A stretch of DNA of 64,000 bases from NCBI RefSeq assembly GCF_011386835.1, contig NC_088797.1, positions 106,082,001 to 106,146,000 of the forward strand, given 5' to 3'. A program made the position numbers and the translations under genes. The notes below the pieces were generated by a model. The model saw only the letters and a program-made list of their open reading frames with translations. It was not told the DNA's origin and did not search any database. Of this stretch, positions 51,077 to 63,685 are shown in pieces. Position 1 is the first letter of the stretch. The number at the start of each line of letters is the position of its first letter. The DNA comes from Chrysemys picta bellii (taxonomy: Eukaryota).

Positions 51077-51880
51077 AATTTGTCCAGCTTCAGCTTCCAG
51101 CTATTAGATCTCGATATAGCTTTGTCTGCAAGATTGAAGAGCTCATAATTAAAGTTTTGTTCCCCATATATGTTCTTATAGACTGATCTAGTCAACCCTT
51201 ACTCTGCTCTTGGTTAAACTAAACAGATTGAGCATGTTTTCCAATCCTTTTAAATCATTCTCAAAGCTCTTCTCTGAACCTCTCCAATTTATCAACATCC
51301 TTCTTGAATTGTGGACCCCAGAATGGGAACACAGTATTTCTATATTGGTCACACCACTGCCAAATACAGAGGGAGTATAACCTTCTTACTCCTCCTCAAA
51401 TTTCCCCTATTTATACATTCAATGGTTGCATTAGCCCTTTTGGTCAAAGCTTCACACTGGAAGCTCAAGTTCAGCTGATTATCCATCACAACCCCCCAAG
51501 TTGTTTTCAGAGCCATTGCTTCCCAGGATAGAGTTCCCCCATCCAGTAAATATAGTCTACCTTCTTTGTTCCTAAATGTATGTCTTTACATTTGACCTTA
51601 GTAAAATGCTTGCTGTTTGCTAAAGCCCAGTTTGCCAAGTAATCCAGATCGCTTTGTACCTGTATCACCGACCTGTCCTCTTTATTGTTTACCAGTCTCC
51701 CAATTTCTGTGTCATCTGCAAACTTTATCAGTAATAATGTTATATATTCATTGATGAAAATGTGAAATAGCACAGGGCCAAGAACCAATACTTCTGAGAC
51801 TCCAGTAGAAATAAAGTGGCTCTCTCTAGGATTCCCATTTACAATTACATTTTGAGACCAATTAGTTAGGCAGCTTTTAA

Positions 51881-51882
<2 letters not shown>

Positions 51883-51918
<36 letters not shown>
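51883..51918. repeat. (GT)18 microsatellite inside CR1
   Basis: Direct reading. Confidence 0.9.
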
Positions 51919-51923
<5 letters not shown>

Positions 51924-54900
51924 TAATTTTGTATTGTTCTAGTTTATTAATCATAATGTCATGTGGTACCCTGCCAAATGCCTTAAAGAAGTCTATTACA
52001 TCAACACTATTACATTTATCCACCAAACTTGTAATTTCATAAAAAAAAATACAAGTTAGTTCGACAGGATCTATTTTTTATAAATGTATGTTGATGGGTT
52101 TTACCCTCCTTTAATTTTTGTATTAATCGAGGACTGTAACAGCTGTTCCACTATTTTGCCAGAGATCAACGTCAAAGGTGTTTAATGTAATTCTTGTTAA
52201 AATACGTTCCTAACCAACTTTATTTCTAGCAAACCCAGAGTAAAGCTTCATTAATTTGTTATGGCCTCATAACAAATGTTCTGTTCATGGATGAACCATC
52301 TGAGTGTTAGCTGCCCATACAGCTTGAGCAGTTGCAACACCTACATTGCTTGATTCCACGGTTTGTGATGCAGCTGTCACAATTACCAACTATACCAAGT
52401 TTACGTGCATGAAATTAGGCATATCCAAGACATAAAAGAGGGCTGCTTATAGTATTTTAGGGTCACCATGATGTCAGAATAATGTTCAGTTTCTGTATAT
52501 TGTTATTAGTTGAAAGAACTGTTTTACAAAAGTAATGTACAATGGTAAAAAAATACTCAGGTGTTTTAATTGCTAATGTACTGATAATCTGAATAAAAGC
52601 ACGTCGCCTACCAAAAGAAACTGCAGCTTCTACTGCATTTCACAGTAGAAGACTTATCATTCAGAGGTCATTTCTGCTGGCAAGAACCAAAATCTATGAC
52701 CACTTTCCACCTCATTTCCCTGACAGTCTGCTCCCATTTAGTCTGTCTGGGGAAAGAAAAACTGACAGATTCCAATCCCTCCCCAACAAATCAGATAAAG
52801 GTAAGGATACTCAACCAGCTCCACTCTCATCTGCCTACTGCTGTACAAGATCTGTGACTGGCTCTGATGCCTCCCCTTTGCCCACTGAGATCACGTTTCC
52901 AGAACAAGCTTCAGGCACACTTCTTCCTTCTTGAACTGCAAGCAACAAACTTTATTTTCCCTTCTAAGAGACTGAGAATTATTTTGAACTGACATATGTC
53001 TCTGATTTGAGTGTAACATGAATATTTTTCTATCTTGCTTCAACAGTTTACTATTAACCCTGCATCTTGATGTAAGTATATTTAGTGAACATTCTACTGG
53101 TTGCAGAAACTAAAAAATATACATTTACTGCTTTAACTCCATTGAAGTAATGTTGACCATAAAGCATGGAACTTTTAGGGGAGACAAACTTTCAAGTGTC
53201 ACACTAGGAAAATAAGCAGTGAGTGCTAGGGAAGTGCACTGTTAGTCATGTGAAAGACAACATCTTTTTTAAAATCTATCATCAGAGATATGATACCTGA
53301 CAATATTTGAGAGAAAAAGCAGTTTATGATTCTTACATAAACTGATAAATTATTCTCATTTTAACAACCTGGCTGATTATTTATTTATAAGTGTGTTGAG
53401 AAATGGATAGGTGCGTGATGTAAATAGAAAGAATAAAATTACAAAGCATGTGTCTTCAGAACCACTCTACATAGACAAGAGGAGTGTGAACTATGCAAAG
53501 CATGTGAGAAACAAATACAGTGAGTCAGACCTTCCCTTGCTGCAAATCAGGATAGCTCTACTGAAGCACATTTACACCACTGAGATTCGGGCCCATTATA
53601 TATAACTTACAGATTGAATCAATATTTATATTTAAATCAAATATAACATGTTCAAGTTAAAAGCTGATTAGTATTTATACTGGTATGAATGCATTATAAA
53701 GGAGCAGTAAACAATACAACTGGTCCATTTACTGATTCTTTTAGAGACACATCCCACTTTGCCCAGGTGGACATAGAAAATCCTAAATGCAGAGGAACCT
53801 CTGGTTCTGTACTGGGCGGGGACAGCAGTCCACAGAAGGCCATCCCCATAGTATGGCGGTGGTGTTGTGAGGGCAGGCTATTGAGAGGCCAGGAGATCAG
53901 CCATTATACAGATCTAGAAGCCTGAAACACCTGCCTTGGAAAGTCAATGTGCAGCAGCTCCAGCTGCTGCTGCAGCCTCGTTGGTTATAGTACTGAGAGC
54001 ACAATAATTTCCCTTCTGTTCCATGCCCAACTGCTGAAACAGAGTAAAGAATTCCTTTCCCCAAACCCTTTTTATAAGTCCATTAACCTGCTTTTTGTTT
54101 TTGGGATGAATAGCAGCTGGGTTGCACCATTTGACCCTTATGAATTGCACAATACAGCACCCATCTTAAATTATATTACAAAACTGAGTCCCAGTAGTGA
54201 CTTGAGCCATATTAAACAGCAGGCACCATAGTTACATAACTACATAGGCCAATTTTTTAAAAAAATAAATGAGTGCATAAACTTAGGGTCCTAAATGTAC
54301 ATTTATGCACCTAAATACATGGCCTAATTTTCGTATCTAGAGTGGTGGAAAATGGAAAAACAATTTTGTGGGGGGAAAATGAAATTTCAAAGTTGTTTCC
54401 TTTTCACAGGAATCAAAATGGAATAATTTAACAATTTTTTTGTGATATTTTAGTTGAACTTTTTGATGAAATCACTACTTACATTTTTCATTTACCAAAA
54501 AACACTGCTCTCACGGTTTGTTGTTGTTTTTACACAATCTAATTAATTATCTAATCACACTAATATCACATACATATTGGTGAATAAGGCGGTAACAAAC
54601 ATGGGAAAACTACAAATTTTTGTTAAAGGAACAAAATAGAAAATCTGATTACTGCCATGAAATTTTGCATGCATGTAAACCTTGATATGAACTATGAATT
54701 CCATCAAACTGGGATGAACTCCAACATCCTTTTATTCAGTATTTAGGATTATTATAAAATGGTTGAAATACAAGGCCTTCACACCACTCAAGTCTCACAT
54801 CAGGACATGCAGTGAGGTACCATTTGCTTCCAACAAGTCACCTATAGCAGGAGGAGCAACCTTTGATTATAGCTTGATCGAAACATTCTCATAGGAGAAC

Positions 54901-55769
54901 CACACACACAGAATAGCTTTCATCGTAGGAAAAGAGAGGTATCTAAAACAACTACTACCTACTGTTTATGCTTTCACTCAGAAAGAGAAAAAATTCTTTG
55001 AGATCTTCATAAAATTGTATTGCTACACATTCATTAAAGTACTGTATATTGTAGTCTCTTACAGTTAAACTAGAATCCAATCCCGTGCTTGATCCACGGC
55101 CATTGATGTCAATGAGTGTCTTTTGACTGATTTTAATGACTGTGATTCAGGCCCTGAGATCAGCAGTTAAATCTGAAATGTATTATGAAAAAAAACAAAG
55201 TACTGTATGTAAGCGACTTGTTAAAATTCTGACCACATTGCCTTTATTTCTACCATTATATTCACCAGATCAAAGAGCAGCTACTTCAACCTGCCACCAA
55301 TTGCATTTAACAATTTTACTTTGTTGTTTGGAAAATGAAAGTAAATATACACTAGAAACTACTACTAAGAAGACTGCAAATAGTTAAAATCAAACCAATT
55401 GAAGTGAGTTTCAAACTTTTTAACTGAAATTCACATAAATCCTTGAAAACAGAGGGCAGACAAACAAAGGTGCCACTAATTTTATTACAGGATTGAAAAC
55501 AAGGAACTATAAAAAAAGATTATTTCACAGACTACAAAATGTACATATAAAAATGAATGACTTATACATAAAAAAAAAGTGTTAGGTAGAGTGTTAGGTA
55601 CTGTAGCCAGATGCGCTCCCCGCTATTTGCTCTTTCAAGTGCAGTCTGCACAGTTTCCTGTTACACTGTTACAAAGCCACAAGCAGTGGAAGCTCTCCAA
55701 TGGTGTTAGATGCTTGCTTAAAGCTGCATTTCTCTATATTACCAATTGTATTCATGCTTATGAATACGT

Positions 55770-56140
55770 AATCATTAATGTAAGGAATAAGCGAGAGAGT
55801 GAGAGTGACAGCCAATGGCAAAATAAAGAAGCAAATATGACCTTTAATGGAACCATGGTATTATCTTGGTGAAGGTATAAATCTCGAGACTGGTGGCCAG
55901 GTGGGTTACCAACAAGGAAATGTAACAGCACACTAAACTCGGGACCGGACCGGAAGCAGTAGAGCCCTTCTGCGGATCCGAAGGGACTTCGGGGACTCTC
56001 GTCGCCTTGCAGCTGATCTCTGGGCAGCTGTCGGCTGGCCAGCCTCAGCCACCTGCGAAATCGAAACCAACATCCGCGCCTGCAGCCTGCCAGCATGAAT
56101 TTGTTGTGTGTGTGAGTATAATTGCGCAAATAAGGGATGC
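55770..56140. promoter_or_regulatory. Candidate intronic enhancer or promoter-like element (CpG-retaining, motif-dense, no repeat hallmarks)
   Basis: About 14 CpGs in 55935-56130 in otherwise CpG-poor DNA. ETS-like CCGGAAG (55950), E-boxes CAGCTG (56010, 56025) and CACCTG (56050), plus TGACAG and CCAAT upstream. Confidence 0.4.
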
Positions 56141-57204
56141 CAATAAATCAACCCTCAGTGCTGCTCTAGTTCAACCTTTGTTTGTGGTTATTTCTTGGTT
56201 GGTTCCAAAAACGGGTAACAGGTACTTTAAAAGACAGAGCATTTTTACAAGCAATGTCCTCTGGGGATACTAGTGCTTTCCTTATGATGATGATTTTTAT
56301 TTTTTTTTTATTTTTTTTTGCTTTAAATACAGATTTAAAATAGTAATGACACAGTTATGTGGTCTGGCAGTGAAAAATGTTTTCAGAGTTGGGGTGGGTA
56401 AAAGATATTTACTACAGTAAAAGTGATAGGATATTCACAATTCTTGTCATTTCATTAGTAAGTCCTAGTCCTCTAAAATATAAAATATGATTATCAATGT
56501 GGGTTGGCACATTCCACTCTTGTAAAACTTAAGATATGTAACGCTACAGCACCGCACCATGTAGTTTAACAGCATGGACTTTTGTGGTACAAATTACAAA
56601 TGACACCAAAAAAAGTAATGAATGTTGATATGAAAACTGTTTTCCTGATGGCACATCCATTAAACTAAAGTGGCCTGTTTGCCAAATATAATAGTCATAA
56701 TAGCACTTTCTCATAAAACAACAGCATCTGTATAATATTTAAAATAATTTTGTTTGTATCTTATAAAATATAGAATAGCTCCATTATAGTAATTTTCCTC
56801 ACAGAAAGCTGAACAATCCTATTTGAGGTGACAATATATCTTTTCCCAAATAGCTACAGTTCATCATTTTGGACCTAATTCTGCAAGGCTCTGAGTGCTC
56901 CCAGAGTGGTGCTTAGTGCTCCCAGCTTAGAGTGGAAGACCCTCAGCAAGTGTTCAGCAGCTTGCAGACTCTGAACTTTTCAATGTAATGAAAAACAGTA
57001 CTAGATAATTAAAAAACAATTGCTAAAAATTCCACAGATTAAATTTGATTCCAAACCATTTCACTTTTTGCTATCATTTACAAGAAACGGATGGCTTTGC
57101 TTTCTAATATGTACAAATGAAAATGTTCTGCATATTGTCAACTAAAAATTAATCAACTGCACAAAAATTTCAGATTGAGAAATGTTTGTGGTTTTACTAC
57201 AAGG

Positions 57205-57390
57205 CAGGATCAAAAAGGCCTCTGCCAAAAGCTGGGAATAGGAGACAGGGGATGGATCAATTGATGATTACCTGTTCTGTTCATTCCCTCTGGGGCACCT
57301 GGCATTGGCCACTGTACAGAAGATAGGATACTGGGCTAGATTGACCTTTGGTCTGAGCCGGTATGGCCATTCTTATGTTATGTTCTTATG
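57205..57390 (+). mobile_element. CR1 3'UTR fragment
   Basis: GGGGATGGATCA...CTGTTCTGTTCATTCCCTCTGGGGCACCTGGCATTGGCCACTGT...GGCCATTCTTATGTTATGTTCTTATG. Confidence 0.88.
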
Positions 57391-57439
57391 AGAAGAGACC
57401 TATTTTCAGTCAGAAATTATCTTAACTTTTGATTGAAAA

Positions 57440-58960
57440 CAGAAAAAAGGCCAAACAGAAGAAAGGGGAGGTTGATAATGATGAATATAAATCAGAAGCT
57501 CAGAATTACAGAAAATTGATAAGGGAGGCAAAAGCACACAAGGAGAAATCCTATTGTCCCTGACTCTGGTGGCTATAAGAATTTTTTAAGTATATGAGGA
57601 ACAAAAAGAATCTTGACAATATTATTGGTTCATTACTAGATATAAATGGTAGAATTGTCAATAACAATGCAGAAAAGACAGAAATGTCAAATACATATTT
57701 CTGTTCCATATTTGGGGGAAAAACAGATGGTTGTCATGTCATATGATCAGGGCTGGCTCTAACTTTTTTGCCACCCCAAACAAAAAAAAAAGCACCGCCA
57801 TAACATACACCCTTAGCACCGCAACGTGCTCCCCCCCCCCGCGGAGCGCCGTGCCGCCGAACCCCCCCGCCACTGAACCCCCCCAGCCCTCCACGGAGCT
57901 CCGCGCCACCGAAACCCCCAGTCTCCCCGCGGAGCGCCGCCGAACACCCCCCCCGGAGCGCCGCGCTGCCGAACCCCCCCGCCGAGCCCCCCAGCCCCCT
58001 GTGGAACGCCGCGCAGCCGAACACCCCACCCCCCGCAGAGCGCCGCCGAACCCCCCCGCCGAGTACCATGCCGCCGAACCCCCCCGCCGCCACACACACC
58101 TCCTGCCAAGAGCCGCGCTGCCAAACACCCCCACCGCCGAGCCCCGCTGCCGAACCCGCCCGCTGCCACACACACCTCCTGCTGAGCGCCGCACCGCCAA
58201 ACACCCCCACCGCCAAGCCCCGCTGCCGAACCCGGCTGCCGAGCCCCGCTGCCGAACCCCACCGCCGCCACACATACCTCCCGCCGAGTGCCGCGCCGCC
58301 AAACACCCCCACCACCGAGCCGCGCTGCCGAACACACACCCCCCCCCGTGGAGCACCCCACCGCGCCGCCACACCCATCCCCACGGAGCGCCGCTGCCGA
58401 ATCTCCCCCCAGCGCCCCCAGCCGAGAAAACAAAAACAACCCATCCCCAGTGCTGCCCGACCGAATAAAAAAAAACAAAAAACAAAAAAACCACCAAATC
58501 ATGAGTGCCGCCCCCCCCACTACCCCCAAGATTGGCCACCCCTTACCAGGTGCCGCCCCTGCATATGATAATGAAACTCTTTCAATTCCAACAGTAACTC
58601 AAAAGGATGTTAAACAGCAGCTTGTAAAGCTTGACACTTTTAAATCAGCAGGTTCACATCATTTGCACCCAAGAATTTTAAAAGAGCTGGCCAAATAGCT
58701 CTCTAGACCATTAATGTTGATTTTCAATAACTCCTTGAACACCACAGAGGTTCTAGAAAACTGGAAGAAAACTACTGTTGTGCCAATATTTAAAAGGAGT
58801 TAACAGGATGACCTGGGTAATTATAGGTCTGGCAGCCTAATGTCAATACTGAGCAAAATAATGGAATAGCTAATACGGGGCTCAAATAATATAGAATTAA
58901 AAGTGGGTAGTACAATTAATGCCAAGCAGTATGGGTTTACGGAAAATAAATACTATCAGA
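57440..58960 (+). mobile_element. CR1 ORF2 middle fragment split by a hAT MITE
   Basis: ACATATTTCTGTTCCATATTTGGG precedes the insertion. After it come KSAG..HLHPRILKELA-like and GATGACCTGGGTAATTATAGG (DxGNYR) motifs. Confidence 0.8.
57748..58561. mobile_element. GC/CpG-rich hAT MITE (814 bp) filled with a GAGCGCCGCGCTGCCGAACCCC-type minisatellite
   Basis: Ends CAGGGCTGGCTC and GGTGCCGCCCCTG. Perfect TSD CATATGAT (57740-57747, 58562-58569). Confidence 0.92.
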
Positions 58961-59879
58961 CTAAATTATTCCATTCAATCCAATATGGAACAAAAAACAT
59001 TTTAAAACCTCAAAATGGAATTGTCGTTCTCCGGACAGCTCCAATACTGACTTAGGCCCCAGTTCAACAAAGTACTGAGGCATATGCTCAAGTTCCATTG
59101 ATTACAACAGGATTTAAGCATGGGCTTAGGCGCTTTGCTGAATCAGTGCTCTAACCCTGAGACTAGCCCAGATCAGAGCCATTATACACTGGCAGTGTCT
59201 CTAAAGATAGATGTTAGAGGTCATTCATTACCTCTGAAGAGAGTGAGGGCAGGGGAGAGGAAGGTGGCCCTAAGTCACCTTTGCATTCTCCTGATTCTGG
59301 GCTGTCTTGGGGCTTGGATCTTGGTGTAATTTAGAGTAGCCCAAGGAAATGTTGAGTACTTTGCCACACCACTTCTCTGCTCCACCTGTGTAGGGAACAG
59401 AAGGAAACACGGGTGGCCTGCAGCTAGTTTTGCCAACTCTACATTCCCTGAAGTATCCTGGGAGGGACTCCTCAGCTGCCCCCGCAGGTCAGTTTCCTGC
59501 TTACATTGGCAGCACAAATCTAGTGGAGTCAGGGATGACAATCTGACTCTAGATTCGCTGCTACAGTCTAAATCTAGAAATGCTTAGCAAACAGTAACAA
59601 AACTCACATGAACTGAGACTTGAGGTTGTATTTATCAAACAAACAAAGTTTTACCAAGGCAGTTACTTTCTGTAGAAAGCGTCGCATAAATAAATTCTCT
59701 CCATCTAACAGGTTGCCTGCCATTTGCTGCCCACTGTATATTCATGAAGTAAATGCTTAGAAGAACGCTAAGGAGATTTTATACATTTCCAGTCTCATGA
59801 GAAGTATGATAGGTAAACAGAAGACCTTGGGTTTGGGTGCAAAGAAATAAACAGGATGGGGAGTGAGAAACAGACTCAT

Positions 59880-60075
59880 GGTGGTCTGAATATAGAACTT
59901 GGAACCAGGAACTCCTACATTCTAAACCTATGACACGACCTTTGTGGACCCGGCAAAGTCTCTTACCCTCTTTGCCTCAGATTCCCTATTGCTAAATACA
60001 GAGGATAATACCTACCTCACATTAGAAGGATTAATTAATTATAATTGAGCATGTATCTGAAGTGCTTTGAATATG
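59880..60075 (+). mobile_element. MIR/CORE-SINE
   Basis: GGCAAAGTCTCTTACCCTCTTTGCCTCAGATTCCC...ATAATACCTACCTCACA...AAGTGCTTTGA. Confidence 0.6.
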
Positions 60076-62365
60076 AAAGTCACAATGTAACTCAATTTTA
60101 ACACTCAATCTTTACATGAATTGTACGGAAAACAAATTAGAATTTTCTCTAAAGCAAATAATATAGACAGAGCATATAGAACCCCCTGAACTACTACAGA
60201 GAATTTACAAAGATACTGAAAACTCACCTAAATGGAACAAAATATGCAATGCAGCTGGGGGACAGACGCATACACAAATACCACAGTCAAGTGTCCTCTC
60301 TTTACATTGCTTTTCACTAATATATGTACTGGATGTTCTTATTGTGTCTTTAAAATACCTGCTAAAAATGCAACTTTATTGTTGGCACATCATCTGAGAC
60401 TTTAACAAGTAGGAGTGTCTGTTTGAACTAAATGGCATAGTGGATTTTGTTTTTAAGTCTCTCTCTCTGTCACCTCCACTGAGATGCTAGTAAACTGGCT
60501 CTGAAAACAGAAAACTAGATTTAGCAGCAATTTTGCATGTTGTTTTCCTCTGACTATAAGATTTGTTGCATGATTATCACAAAAGAAAAACAAAACAAAA
60601 AAGAGAAACAAGATAAGATCTCAGAGGTAGATCTTTCCCCTTCAGTAAGATTTTTTCAGGGATGCAAGTGTCGGCATGAAAGCAGAAAGTAGAGTAGCAT
60701 AGTGGTGCACTTGTATCGTTAATTAACTACATGATACTATTTTGTGTGTGTGTCTGTTTGAAGTGAACATCAATCTGGGGCTTCAAGCTTATTTGAGACT
60801 TGCTGTAAATTTACAAAAAAGATATGTCTACGGCACTAATGGATTGTCAAACTATGTACACGAACCTGGCATCATGATTAAGTAATGACAATTAATGGCT
60901 GTAAACAAGACAGGGAAAGTGAAACCTCTGCGGTCTAGTCCTACATGGCAAAATTTTACCTGTGGCTGAACACACTTGTGAACAGCAATGTTAGCTGACA
61001 TAATCCTCAACACAGTTTAACCATCAGTGTAGATCAGTGTTGAGCATTGTGTCAATTAACTGAGATTAAACTCTTTTCAACCTGCTAAAGAATTTGCCGA
61101 AATCTAAAATTTACAGAATACCACAAACACCAAGATAAAATTATTTATTGTACACAAAACTAGCAAGTTAGTTAGGGTTACACTTCAGTAGCTCCAATGT
61201 TTGCGATGGCCTTCACATGTTATAAGTATTGTTTCTGTTGTAACCATATTATGTTCTAACATGCTGCAGGAAGATATCAGCATGATAAGTCATGGGGATG
61301 TTATGTTTTTTTTAAATGAACCACATCTTCAAATGAAATGTGTAGATCCTTCTTAATGAAGACCAAGTAATTATCTTTGGAAATTTTTACTTTTCAGGGA
61401 AGTGCTGTCTAAATAGTAGCTGATCAGATGAACAACTACAAAGGCATATGAATACTGTATCCTGCAAATGTTGTAGCCTACTTGGACCTCCAAACATTAT
61501 TACATTTACACCTTTCAAAAGTGATCTTGCCATTATTTCCAGAGTTCCTCTCCTGGCAGATAAGGAAATATGCCAAGGAGGATTAAATATTTGAAAACTA
61601 GAAATATAAAGCAGAATCCTTTTCTCTGGGACGAAAATGAAAATTATATTTATAATCTAGCATTTCTAGACGTGGAATACATTTCACAAACATATAGCAT
61701 ACAGAGTATACAAAAAACTTCATTCCTGAAGCTGCAGGATAAATGTGTTAATGGATTTTAGTAATTAGCTATGGACTATCATGAAACTAAAATAAACCTT
61801 GCAAGGGTTTTAATCTGCTTATATTATGTGGTTTAATACCATCAATAGCTTATCAGAAAACGTAACAAAATACTTCCAACTATTCATTTATACAGAATTT
61901 CAAAATACAGATTTGTAATACTTTTCTGCATTACATAGAGATTACAACATTATGCACCACAAAGCCAAAGTGCTCCAGAATCTCACTCCTCAGAAGCATC
62001 CCAGGAGGGCATGAAGGAGAGGAGGCATTTTGTAAGTAGGCCACTTAGTGACAGGAATATGGCCAGTGGGTGCAGAGGCCACAAAATACATGCATGGGGA
62101 GGAAAGTGCACGTGCCCCCTGCCCTAACTGCAATTTGGCAGGTGAAATAAGCACGGGATTACATACCTTCACAGCATGCTGTTAGCACAATCTTTTTACA
62201 TAGGCTTATCAGGAGAAACCTGAGGTGGTGAGTTTTGTGAGGGAAGTCAGTCTCTGGAAAGGAAAGGTTTTTTTCATTGTAGGCTGATATTCAGTTTTGT
62301 TAGGGGTTGGCTGCTAGTCACAATTTGGATTGCTATTTCAAAATTCTGTAAAAGGTTCCTACAGT

Positions 62366-62939
62366 CAGGGCTGGCTCTAGGATTTTTGCCGCCCAAAGCA
62401 AAAACAATTTTGGCCGCCCCCCAGGTTCTTTAATTACCCCACCCCCGGCCCCGCCTCAACTCCGCCCCTTCCCCAAATCCCCAGCCCTGCCTCCTCCCCC
62501 CAGGCTCTCAAGTCTGGGAGGGAGGGGGAGACTCCGAGTGGCCACGGCGCGGGCGCCGCTTCTCCCCCTTACTCCCAGGCTCTCAAGCCTGGGACGGAGG
62601 TGGAGCAGCGGCGCGCGAAACGGCCGCTCGGGATCTCCCCCTCCCTCCCAGGTTTGAGAGCCTGGGAGGGAGGGGGAGACCCCGAGCCGCCGCGGCGCGC
62701 GAAACAGCTGATTCGCACGCCGCTGCTCCCCCTCCCTCCCAGGCTCTCAAGCCTGGGAGGGAGGGGGAGCAGCGGCGTGCGAATCAGCTGTTTCGGGCGC
62801 CGTGGCAGCAGCAGCGGAGGTGAGCTAGGACTGCCAGGGCACATTTTTAGGGGCGGCATTCTGGCGCCGGCCATGCCGCCCCTAAAAATGTGCCGCCCCA
62901 AGTACCAGCTTGTTTTGCTGGTGCCTAGAGCCGGCCCTG
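62366..62939. mobile_element. GC-rich hAT MITE (574 bp), sister copy of 18227-18872
   Basis: Ends CAGGGCTGGCTCTAGG and CCTAGAGCCGGCCCTG. Perfect TSD CCTACAGT (62358-62365, 62940-62947). Confidence 0.95.
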
Positions 62940-63534
62940 CCTACAGTACAAAAAAGACCAGCTATTTCATATTTTTTATATCAAAATCAAAAACAAACAA
63001 TACTTAGGAATCCCATTATAAATAATCAATATTTTTTTCAAATCAATGTCTAAGAAGATTAATCCAATACAAAATTCAGACCTTACAGAAAATTCTTTGT
63101 TCATTTATTTTGACTTGTATAATTTAGTTTTAATTCACCGTGATATTTCACAGTATGTTAGTAAATCAATTTTATTTATACAGAACTGCAGGTGATCGTG
63201 GTACTTTAGAGACTGATAGCATTACAAATCCGTATCTCAAGGAACTTATAATTTAAATTAGATTTGCCATAACAAAGGATGGCAAAAAAGACAATGAGAA
63301 GAGATAGGAATATTAGCTTCTAGTAGATTTCAGCAGAGGATCTGAGAGGAGAGCAGCATTCATGTGGCAGCTCCGTTCTCCTCTTCCCAGCAGTTTCCTT
63401 AGCACCATACTGTATTTCATCTCCCATCTGACCATTTTACTCAGATGTTCCTCAGGACATATCTAAAACTAATGGCCTGGAGGAGGCTAGTATTAGTAAC
63501 AACACTTCTCTAGCAATTTTCATCTGCAATTACA

Positions 63535-63685
63535 AAGTGCTTTACAAACATCAGTGGATAAGCTTAATCTCCATTTCAACAACAGAGAAACAGAGGCACA
63601 GAGAAGAAAAGTGACTTGCTCAAGGTCACTTAGTAAGTCAATCACAGAGTTGGGATCAGAACCCAGATCTTCAGTCTGGTGCCCT
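63535..63685 (-). mobile_element. MIR/CORE-SINE
   Basis: GAAACAGAGGCACAGAGAAG...AGTGACTTGCTCAAGGTCAC...AGAACCCAG is the reverse MIR core. Confidence 0.7.

Larger units (their letters stand above)
50572..52180 (-). mobile_element. CR1 LINE ORF2 plus 3' end, minus strand, decayed and interrupted
   Basis: The minus ORF 51507-51788 reads LGPVLFHIFIN...LIKFADDTEIG...LDYLANW...KCKDIHLG. The 3' tail is at about 50572-50590. Confidence 0.9.

Noticed and set aside
57731-58698. Long Pro/Arg/Gly-rich ORFs (up to 266 aa), and similar ones at 18.3-19.1, 24.5-25.7, 31.3-32.2, 35.2-36.1 and 62.6-63.0 kb
   Set aside because: They are open on both strands and in several frames because GC-rich MITE minisatellites lack stop codons. 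No domain similarity or splice context was seen.
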